DNA of 32,000 nucleotides from Wolbachia endosymbiont of Cimex lectularius (GTDB lineage Bacteria; Pseudomonadota; Alphaproteobacteria; Rickettsiales; Anaplasmataceae): NCBI RefSeq assembly GCF_000829315.1, contig NZ_AP013028.1, positions 60,001 to 92,000 of the forward strand, read 5' to 3'. Shown piece by piece: positions 25,471 to 32,000 of this stretch (position 1 is its first letter; each line of letters starts with the position of its first letter). The notes under the pieces were generated by a model. It saw only the letters and a program-made list of their open reading frames with translations, ran no database searches and was not told where the DNA came from. The position numbers and the translations under genes were made by a program.

Positions 25471-26724
25471 TTAGAGATTTATACCATTTATCATAAAAAG
25501 CAAATTATAAACACTAATTACATAATTGCTTTTTGCTTCAACCAAGTCCGAACGTGCTTTGAATAGTGCATCTTCAGTATCCAAAAGTTCAGTTGTGCTT
25601 TTCAAATTTAAGTGGACTTCTTGCTCAACTCCTTCCAACGCTAAAGCTGCTGCTTTTTCGGCCTCTTGACCTGCTTTAATAACAGCCTTTGTTGTTAGAA
25701 CGTTATTCCAAGCATTCACAACCTCTTTTTCTATATTTTTTACTGTTTCATAATAATCATAGGTGGATTTTTTTGCATCCATTTTAGCTTTGCCGATACC
25801 AAAAGCATTGATTCCTCTTTTAAAAATTGGAATATCGAGAATGAAAGCAATATTGACGTTTCCTAACACTTTCTCGAGAGAAGCGTTTTCTCCGTTTCTC
25901 CGATCAAGATCTGTACTTGCACTGAGATTCAAAGAGGGCAACCAGTTGGAAGTTTCAGCAATCACTTCCATTTTAGCTGCTCTTTTTTGATAAACCGCTG
26001 CTTTTAGAGATAGATTATTGGTTTTTGCCAATTGTAAGCACTCATTTAGCTTCGGAACGGAAGGTAATTGATCATTGGCTTCAGAGAGTTCATCAGGATC
26101 CTCGCCAATTAAGTGAAAGTAAGCAATGTTTGCCAATTTTAATTTACCTTCAGCATCAACTCTTTCTGATACTGAAGATGAAAATTTCGCTTTCGCTAGT
26201 AAAACCTCAGCGTTGGTAACCTCTCCAAGAGAAAGGCGTTTTTTCATTGCTGACAAGTGCTCCAAAGAAACGCGTTCTTTGTGCTCTCTCAATTTTAATA
26301 TTTCTGTCCTGCGTAGAACGTCAACGTACACTTTCACGGCGTTAAGCGCAATCTCTTGTTTTAACTGTTGAAATCGCATCTTTTCTGTCTTGAGAAGATG
26401 ACTTGATCGGCTGAATGTGGCAAAAGTACCACCTCCATCTATTATTCTTTGATTTAATGTCAAGCTCCTTCCAAGACCAAGTCTGCCACCGGTCTTATCA
26501 TCAAAATCAAATTTTTCGTTAAATCTATATTGCAAATTAATCTCAGGTAAGAACCCAGCTAACCCCGAAGATTTTAGCTGTTTTTCTGCGCTTTTGTATT
26601 GATAGAATTGAGATTTCAATTTTGAACTATTTTTAATAGCTTTATTTATAACTTCTTCAAGATCGATTGCGTAACAACTTATAGCACTAAAAATGGTCGC
26701 AAGCGTAATAATCAACCGAAACAT
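25471..26724 (-). CDS. tolC: TolC-family outer-membrane efflux protein
   Basis: 417 aa. Signal peptide MFRLIITLATIFSAISCYA. Two internally repeated halves, rich in helical and beta segments, are typical of the OEP family. Confidence 0.75.
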   Translation of the reverse strand: MFRLIITLATIFSAISCYAIDLEEVINKAIKNSSKLKSQFYQYKSAEKQLKSSGLAGFLPEINLQYRFNEKFDFDDKTGGRLGLGRSLTLNQRIIDGGGTFATFSRSSHLLKTEKMRFQQLKQEIALNAVKVYVDVLRRTEILKLREHKERVSLEHLSAMKKRLSLGEVTNAEVLLAKAKFSSSVSERVDAEGKLKLANIAYFHLIGEDPDELSEANDQLPSVPKLNECLQLAKTNNLSLKAAVYQKRAAKMEVIAETSNWLPSLNLSASTDLDRRNGENASLEKVLGNVNIAFILDIPIFKRGINAFGIGKAKMDAKKSTYDYYETVKNIEKEVVNAWNNVLTTKAVIKAGQEAEKAAALALEGVEQEVHLNLKSTTELLDTEDALFKARSDLVEAKSNYVISVYNLLFMINGINL

Positions 26725-26800
26725 TCTACTCCTATATACATTAGTCGCACACAGCTAAGTTACTAGCACAAATTGCTTTAATAATCAATAACTAATGTTG

Positions 26801-26830
26801 TTGACACTATTTAGAAATTAAGTGTATCAT
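26801..26830 (+). promoter_or_regulatory. Candidate promoter for rplM-rpsI (TTGACA-18 nt-TATCAT)
   Basis: TTGACA at 26801-26806 and TATCAT at 26825-26830, 24 nt upstream of the rplM start. Confidence 0.4.
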
Positions 26831-26853
26831 AGCTTACTATTGTATAATTTTAG

Positions 26854-27315
26854 ATGATGAAAACTTTTTTCTTAAAAGAAAAACAAATCGATAAAAAATG
26901 GTTTGTCATAGATGCAGAAGGGTTAGTAGTAGGGAGACTTGCAGCATTTGTAGCGACGCTATTGCGTGGAAAACATAAACCTGAGTATACACCTCATATG
27001 GATTGTGGTGATAATGTAATTATCATCAATGCAGAAAAGGTGCATTTTACTGGAAAGAAACTTAAGGAGAAAATTTACTATAAGCATACAGGTTACCCTG
27101 GTGGGTTGAAAAGAACTACTCCAGATAATATTTTAAATGGTAAGTTTCCTGAGCGTGTAATAGAAATGGCAGTAAAAAGAATGCTTGATGACGGTCCTAT
27201 GGCACGCAAACGTTTTGGAAATTTATATGTTTATTCTGGCCCAGAGCATAAGCATCAAGGGCAGCAACCTGAAAAGATAGATTTTGCTTCTTTAAATCGT
27301 AAAAATAAAAAATAA
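26854..27315 (+). CDS. rplM: 50S ribosomal protein L13
   Basis: [62 protein letters not shown]. Confidence 0.95.
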   Translation: MMKTFFLKEKQIDKKWFVIDAEGLVVGRLAAFVATLLRGKHKPEYTPHMDCGDNVIIINAEKVHFTGKKLKEKIYYKHTGYPGGLKRTTPDNILNGKFPERVIEMAVKRMLDDGPMARKRFGNLYVYSGPEHKHQGQQPEKIDFASLNRKNKK

Positions 27316-27325
27316 TGGAGTAAAA

Positions 27326-27772
27326 ATGGAAAATTCTGTAACAAATCAACCAGAAAAAACAACTAAACCAATGATTGATTCGCTTGGTCGTTTATATGCT
27401 ACAGGACGAAGGAAGGAGTCTGCAGCAAGAGTGTGGATAAAGCCAGGAAGCGGAAAGTTTAGTGTTAATCAGAAAGACAAGCTACTGGATTACTTTAAAA
27501 GGGAATCAGTGTGCCAAATGGTAAAAATGCCATTTATTGTAACATCTATGCTCGATAAGTATGATGTATTTGCTACGATAAAAGGTGGAGGGCTATCTGG
27601 TCAAGCAGGTGCCTTAGCTCATGGAATAAGCAGAGCTTTAAGTAAAATAAGCCAAGACTTATATTCTATATTGCGCAAAAGGGGGTTCTTAACACGAGAT
27701 TCACGTGTTGTTGAGCGCAAAAAATATGGTCGACACAAGGCTCGTAAGAAGTGTCAATTTTCTAAAAGGTAG
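27326..27772 (+). CDS. rpsI: 30S ribosomal protein S9
   Basis: GRRKESAARVWIKPGSG..VNQK...KGGGLSGQAGALAHGISRAL...LTRDSRVVERKKYGRHKARKKCQFSKR. A GGAG Shine-Dalgarno sequence precedes the ATG. Confidence 0.95.
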   Translation: MENSVTNQPEKTTKPMIDSLGRLYATGRRKESAARVWIKPGSGKFSVNQKDKLLDYFKRESVCQMVKMPFIVTSMLDKYDVFATIKGGGLSGQAGALAHGISRALSKISQDLYSILRKRGFLTRDSRVVERKKYGRHKARKKCQFSKR

Positions 27773-27920
27773 TTATTTTTTTTTATGGAGCTTTTTGTTA
27801 AGCGTTATGCAAATATTAAAAAAAGTGTATGATATATTCTATTTTCGCGATAAATTTAGTTGACTATTGATATGAACGTAATATGCTGTTTGTGTGAATT
27901 TTTCAATATTAAGGTAATTT

Positions 27921-28232
27921 ATGAGTAAAGAAGATATAGTAAAACAATTAAAAGAAGATTGTTCTTGTCAGAATATAAATATAACGAAATCTGACTTGGG
28001 CAAGATTCATGATGCGTTTATAAAAATAATAAAAGATGAGCTAGATAGAGAAGGTGAAATACGTCTGCATGGAATAGGTACATTCTCTACTGCTATAAGT
28101 CGGGAGAAACAATGTCGTAATCCTCAGAGTGGTGAGATCATGACTGTCCCTAAAAAGACAAGAGTGAAATTTAAAGTGAGCAAGACTCTTTTAACTGTTT
28201 TGAATGAAAAGGAAAAAGCAGTAGTTAGTTAG
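27921..28232 (+). CDS. HU/IHF-family DNA-binding protein
   Basis: [44 protein letters not shown] forms the beta-arm (R-N-P-.-G). The 3' end overlaps the convergent pdxJ by 8 nt. Confidence 0.85.
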   Translation: MSKEDIVKQLKEDCSCQNINITKSDLGKIHDAFIKIIKDELDREGEIRLHGIGTFSTAISREKQCRNPQSGEIMTVPKKTRVKFKVSKTLLTVLNEKEKAVVS

Positions 28233-28932
28233 AGATTATCGTTTTCATTGTTTTTACTACGCTGTGTAAGCCGTAAAATATAGCTTCGCTGATTAAAGAG
28301 TGGCCTATATTGAGAGCTGAGATGTGAGGTATTTCTTTTATTCTTTTAGCGTGTGTATAGGTTATGCCATGTCCTGCGTGGCATTCTATTCCTAGTTTAT
28401 TGATATATTCTGCAGCATTGGTAATTGATTGTAATTTTTCCTCTGATGGATTATCGCAGTAATCTCCTGTATGAATTTCTATTATGTCAGGCTTTCTTTC
28501 TAGCTTCTCAAGATATTTTAGTTGATCGATATTTGGATTGATAAACAGTGAAACCTTTATACCAATGCCATGCATCTCCTCTATTATACTAGAGAGTTTG
28601 CTGTACATGTTAATTATATCCAAGCCACCTTCTGTTGTTAATTCTTCTCTTTTTTCTGGTACTATATTAATCGAATAGGGTTTTACCTTTTTTATTATTC
28701 CAAGCATTTCTTCTGTAGCTGCAATTTCAAGATTTAGCTCAGTTTCGATGTTTTTTTTCAGGTTAAACACATCTTCATCTTTAATATGTCTTCTGTCTTC
28801 TCGTAAGTGTACGGTAATAAAATCTGCTCCTGCATCAATAGCTATTTTTGCTGCTTTCAATGGATCTGGGTAAGAAGTTCCGCGTGCGTTGCGGAGGGTT
28901 GCAACGTGATCGATGTTAACACCTAGTTTCAT
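28225..28932 (-). CDS. pdxJ: Pyridoxine 5'-phosphate synthase
   Basis: [50 protein letters not shown] at 28932 is preceded by GAGGTGG. The track's TTG at 28944 is probably not the start. Confidence 0.9.
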   Translation of the reverse strand: MKLGVNIDHVATLRNARGTSYPDPLKAAKIAIDAGADFITVHLREDRRHIKDEDVFNLKKNIETELNLEIAATEEMLGIIKKVKPYSINIVPEKREELTTEGGLDIINMYSKLSSIIEEMHGIGIKVSLFINPNIDQLKYLEKLERKPDIIEIHTGDYCDNPSEEKLQSITNAAEYINKLGIECHAGHGITYTHAKRIKEIPHISALNIGHSLISEAIFYGLHSVVKTMKTIISN

Positions 28933-29052
28933 AATCCACCTCAAAGATTGTTTATAAATTATACATGTTATTAGGTCTTTTGCACAGTCATTTTTTGACT
29001 AGCAATACACCCTTTGGCATGCACGAACATTGTTGATTTGAGCCTACCAAGA

Positions 29053-29183
29053 GGATGTCATATAAGTAGCCCTTTCTCCTGTCATACAAGTAGCTGACAC
29101 TGGAATCTAGGATACTACTTTAGTAATAAATATTTAAGAAATTTACCGGGTGAGAAAACAAGCAAAGAAGTTCCGTGGTGGCT
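29053..29183 (-). repeat. Distal flank of Rpn cassette 3: two terminal palindromic motifs plus a 50-bp module
   Basis: 29053-29070 ggatgtcatataagtagc and 29078-29110 cctgtcatacaagtagctgacactggaatctag resemble caatgtcatccaagtagc. The module at 29130-29183 and the whole flank are collinear with 3081-3190 in inverse orientation. Confidence 0.75.
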
Positions 29184-29334
29184 GGTTATTTATGTTTGCT
29201 TCAAAATATATTGGTAGCTAAGCGGTTAACTCGTGACTTCCTCTTTGAGTTATGTAATTTCAGCTTTAGGAAGACCAGTAGATTCAACTATCAACTCAAC
29301 AGACACGCCAACTTTAAGTAGGTTTTTTGCACAG

Positions 29335-30159
29335 CTATTTTAGCCTGTTTTTCGCCTTCCGCTCTTCCTTTTTTATGGCCGATTTGGATGCCTTCTTGTC
29401 TGCCCTTTCTTCTCCAACCTTAACACCCTCATCAAATTTCTGAGCGAAAGCAGCTATCTCATCCATTAGACGTTTTTTCCTTTGCTCATATGCTAGTAAT
29501 TCTTCTTCCGACCAATTAAACTTATTCATCTCTTCATAAGCTCGTTTTATTATTACGTCACTACCAACTATTTTATCTAGGTCTTCTTCCCTTGTTTCTG
29601 CTGCATATCGAAAAAAATAACACCATTTTTCTACTACATTTTCTAGTTGATCTTCTTTCGTTTTCGTAAATTTTGGTAGTTCAATAAATACGAAATAGAA
29701 GTCCTTCAAGTCATGTTCATTAGTATTCTCATCACGAATAGTATAATTTGATTTGTACTCAGCCTTGTCTGGAAAAATAATGCAATCGGCAACAGCTATA
29801 AAGATAATTTCCTTGAGGTTATGATACTCATCGCCTTGATCAGCTTGACTTGAGTAGGCTTTAGCGGCATAATATTGAGCACGCTTTTCGAAGCCTCTGG
29901 TCTTAGTAAATTGCATTTCTATAATATATCTGGAGCCTTGAGAGTCCTTACAAAGAACATCGACAATACTCTGCTTTTTAGCGGCAATTTCAGGGTCCAA
30001 AATGGTAGCTAAAAATTCAACGTCCTGAATTGTAGCTAAGCCAGTAAAGCCTAAAATATCATTTAAGAAATGAATAAGAATATCTTTATTCTTTTCAGTA
30101 CCAAATATTCTTTTAAAGGCATAATCATTGCACGCGTCAAGAAATTTTGAAAAAGCCAT
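29335..30159 (-). CDS. Rpn-family PD-(D/E)XK nuclease / putative transposase, copy 3, with decayed C-terminal region (possible pseudogene)
   Basis: MAFSKFLDACNDYAFKRIFGTEKNKDILIHFLNDILG..SIVDVLCK..YIIEMQ..FEKRAQYYAAKAY. The homologous start is ATG 30159 (the track begins at 30180). The ancestral tail survives out of frame in 29216-29400 (QEGIQIGHKKGRAEGEKQAKIAV.. then KNLLKVGVSVELIVESTGLPKAEIT*LKEEVTS*). Confidence 0.75.
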   Translation of the reverse strand: MAFSKFLDACNDYAFKRIFGTEKNKDILIHFLNDILGFTGLATIQDVEFLATILDPEIAAKKQSIVDVLCKDSQGSRYIIEMQFTKTRGFEKRAQYYAAKAYSSQADQGDEYHNLKEIIFIAVADCIIFPDKAEYKSNYTIRDENTNEHDLKDFYFVFIELPKFTKTKEDQLENVVEKWCYFFRYAAETREEDLDKIVGSDVIIKRAYEEMNKFNWSEEELLAYEQRKKRLMDEIAAFAQKFDEGVKVGEERADKKASKSAIKKEERKAKNRLK

Positions 30160-30184
30160 AAGAAAAACCTTAAAAAGCATTAAA

Positions 30185-30213
30185 ATTATACACTATTTCT
30201 TACAAATATTCAA
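30185..30213 (-). promoter_or_regulatory. Candidate promoter of Rpn copy 3 (TTGAAT-17 nt-TATAAT on the minus strand)
   Basis: The reverse complement of 30208-30213 is TTGAAT and that of 30185-30190 is TATAAT, with a 17-nt spacer. The conserved leader continues to ~30260. Confidence 0.5.
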
Positions 30214-30270
30214 TCTTTTTATTTCGGATATATTGGCCTACGAACCCAAGCCTCATCTTGAATTGCAATT

Positions 30271-30323
30271 ATATTAAAAAATTTACCAAGCGAGAAAAAA
30301 AGCAAAAGAAGCCCCGAGTGGCG
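30271..30323 (-). repeat. ~50-bp dispersed module, copy 8 of 8 (direct-repeat partner of 29130-29183 around Rpn copy 3)
   Basis: atattaaaaaatttaccaagcgagaaaaaaagcaaaagaagccccgagtggcg. Confidence 0.8.
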
Positions 30324-30556
30324 AATTTTGAGTCAAAAATACTCTTGCTACCATAATAATGAAATTGTTGGAATTTGTCAAGTAGTTTTTTTTGTTTCTA
30401 TTGGATAACGCTATGGCTTTTTTCCATTTTCGTCTGTCCGCTTTCTGTGTAGCGAGGATTGGTATTAGTTCAAGAACTATGTAAAAAGTCCAATATAATT
30501 ACCGTAATAGTAAAAGTATGAATAAGAGTGTGCCAGTAAACTCCGCTTGAGAGAAA

Positions 30557-31363
30557 TTATTTTCTAGATTTGTGAGTTGCTTTGAAAGGTGACTTTTTGC
30601 GCTGCCTTGGGTAAGATGAACGATGATGGATTAAACGTAAGAATAGTGTAGAAATAACAGGTTTGATGAGTGGCTTTATATTATCATTAAAAATCCATAT
30701 CCATACGCTAAATGCAGAACTTAGAAGCCCAGTTAGTATAGATACCGTGTTTGGCTCTTTGGTCAACATCCAAAACAGCCAAATAATGGATAAAGATACA
30801 GAGAAGAGAGGGAAATGCTTCAATGCTGCCGTCCACTCACCAGGTTTTGGTAAAAATTCAAGTGTGTTAGGAAAAAATGATACAATGAAGTATGGAAGTG
30901 CAATGCCTAAGCCAAGAAATAAGAAAATGCTAATAGAAATAAGTATTGATGACTGAGTAAGAGCAAAACCTATGGCAGGTGCCATAAAAGGTGTGATACA
31001 GGGAATTATAGCCAATGTTAAAAACATTCCACCGAAAAAACTGCTATTAGCTTTATCTGAACGAGAAAATATGAGAGAAATATCAGACAAGCTACAAAGA
31101 AAACATAAGCCTATTACAAACATTACATATAGTAATATTAGTACCAAAACAAGAGACTGTATATGAAAACCCAAGTCCATTGCATAACCTATGTTACGTA
31201 ATGCTAATAGCATTAAGGACAATATCAACATGCTAGTCAATACTCCAAGAGTGTAGGCTATGCCATTTAACTTCAGTTTAAATGAGTTACTAGGGCCATT
31301 GATTATTGCTGCTGCTTTTAAAGAAAGAACAGGAAAAACACAAGGCATAAAGTTAAGTACCAC
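30557..31363 (-). CDS. DsbD/CcdA-family thiol:disulfide transfer membrane protein (cytochrome c biogenesis); true start probably upstream of the tracked GTG
   Basis: TM1 Cys motif LNFMPCVFPVLSLK and TM4 motif IIPCITPFMAPAIGFAL. The frame is open for 31 more codons (31364-31456, VDSFTSNCIIVLIICKIVGFLINSAYAFIGG). These codons supply the rest of TM1 but contain no ATG, GTG or TTG. Confidence 0.75.
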   Translation of the reverse strand: MVLNFMPCVFPVLSLKAAAIINGPSNSFKLKLNGIAYTLGVLTSMLILSLMLLALRNIGYAMDLGFHIQSLVLVLILLYVMFVIGLCFLCSLSDISLIFSRSDKANSSFFGGMFLTLAIIPCITPFMAPAIGFALTQSSILISISIFLFLGLGIALPYFIVSFFPNTLEFLPKPGEWTAALKHFPLFSVSLSIIWLFWMLTKEPNTVSILTGLLSSAFSVWIWIFNDNIKPLIKPVISTLFLRLIHHRSSYPRQRKKSPFKATHKSRK

Positions 31364-31507
31364 ACCACCGATAAACGCGTATGCTGAATTTATTAGAAAC
31401 CCTACGATTTTACATATAATTAAAACTATAATACAGTTTGAAGTAAAAGAATCTACTTAAATAGTCAATTGACTTTTTGTGCTGGTATGTTAGAAATTTT
31501 ATACTTT

Positions 31508-31575
31508 GTGGGCGTAGCTCAGTTGGTAGAGTGTCAGTTTGTGGTCGCCAATTTGATCCTGGTCACTTGTTCCAC
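31508..31575 (+). pseudogene. tRNA-His(GTG)-like sequence that cannot form a cloverleaf (broken tRNA)
   Basis: GTGGGCG-TA-GCTC-AGTTGGTA-GAGT-G-TCAGT-TTGTGGT is a textbook acceptor strand, D-arm and anticodon stem/loop 5' half. The expected ACTGA strand and variable loop are missing. Only a degraded T-arm-like GCCAA-TTTGATC-CTGGT follows, and no acceptor 3' strand is present. Confidence 0.5.
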
Positions 31576-31686
31576 TAAAATTTTTAGCCCTACAGAAATA
31601 TAAGCGTGAGCATGCTTTATACATACTCACTTAGTGTATCTGTTTAGGGGGCATGGCTAATGTACAAATATTGAAGCTAAAGTGGC

Positions 31687-31716
31687 GTCATGTAAGTAGC
31701 TGACACTGGAACTTAG
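31687..31716 (-). repeat. Solo copy of the terminal palindromic motif
   Basis: gtcatgtaagtagctgacactggaacttag matches 11757-11786 and 29081-29110. Confidence 0.6.
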
Positions 31717-31862
31717 TTTTTCTTATGATTTCATCAAAACATTATATTTTAGCATAAAATGGCCTCTTATGCCTACCGGAACTCATTCTTTGGTATGCTT
31801 TTCTGCTTTACTAATAGGATATTTTCGGATATAATTGGATATAATTAGATAAAAATACGGAT

Positions 31863-32000
31863 ATGTTTGACATTTCAAAAATTGTAATAACATCTGAAAT
31901 GCTGAAATTAGTTGCTGAAATTGATGAATTTAAAGGAGCATGGCAATTATTTGGTAGTTTAGCTCCAGAGCGTTTACAAATGCTCAAGAAAATTGCAACA
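31863..32000 (+). CDS. 5' end (46 codons) of a Fic-family-like protein; continues beyond the window
   Basis: MFDISKIVITSEMLKLVAEIDEFKGAWQLFGSLAPERLQMLKKIAT resembles the N-terminal ..L..I.EIDEFKG.W..L..L.PERL..L+.VAT(IESIGSS) segment of a class of Fic/DOC proteins (from memory). The catalytic motif is not in the window. Confidence 0.45.
   Translation, partial: MFDISKIVITSEMLKLVAEIDEFKGAWQLFGSLAPERLQMLKKIAT

Noticed and set aside
25763-26371. Plus-strand ORFs inside tolC, and 24973-25431 inside the PopZ-like gene
   Set aside because: They are antisense shadow ORFs. The Ser/Leu/Cys-rich translations arise from the complement of GAA/GAT/AAA-rich coding sequence.
30663-31460. Plus-strand ORFs 30663-30956, 30972-31166 and 31260-31460
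   Set aside because: They lie antisense to the DsbD-like membrane protein frame, which carries both conserved Cys motifs.
31508-31575. Annotating this as a functional tRNA-His
   Set aside because: I could not pair the anticodon stem (TCAGT has no ACTGA partner) or the acceptor stem, so it is reported as a tRNA-like remnant instead. It needs confirmation with a covariance model.
1-32000. Prophage WO / eukaryotic association module
   Set aside because: No capsid, tail, portal, terminase, recombinase or integrase genes were recognisable in any frame. The accessory genes here sit among housekeeping genes.

Overview
This AT-rich window reads like the chromosome of a Wolbachia-type (Anaplasmataceae, Rickettsiales) endosymbiont. 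That assignment is inferred from gene content, ankyrin genes and an ISWpi1-like IS5 element; no database search was possible. Conserved housekeeping genes are clpB (partial), guaB, secD, a DAACS symporter, pyrE, a lone virB9 paralog, a dksA-like gene, ccmB, rlmE, a DUF2497/PopZ-like gene, tolC, rplM-rpsI, HU, pdxJ and a DsbD-like gene. They are interrupted by four kinds of accessory DNA. (1) An island at 4.9-11.7 kb encodes eukaryote-like repeat proteins: a TPR protein, a frameshifted LRR gene, an ANK protein with clustered EPIYA/YEEI tyrosine motifs, and a protein combining a J-domain, 29 x 21-bp tandem repeats, ANK repeats and two TM helices. An MFS transporter carrying an in-frame stop sits among them. 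(2) Three paralogous Rpn / PD-(D/E)XK 'putative transposase' cassettes share a promoter and leader, flanking 50-bp modules and palindromic termini. A gene-less derivative of the cassette forms ~0.5-kb inverted repeats around secD-pyrE together with the cassette 2 upstream region. (3) Next to virB9 lies a reconstructable ~1188-codon gene for an SF2-ATPase-like membrane protein. It is split at an A-run frame change and truncated at its 3' end by an IS5-family insertion with a TTA target duplication. (4) The right edge holds a broken tRNA-His-like sequence and the 5' end of a Fic-like gene. I saw no rRNA, CRISPR array or phage structural genes. All product calls rest on motifs recognised by eye and should be confirmed by HMM or BLAST searches.
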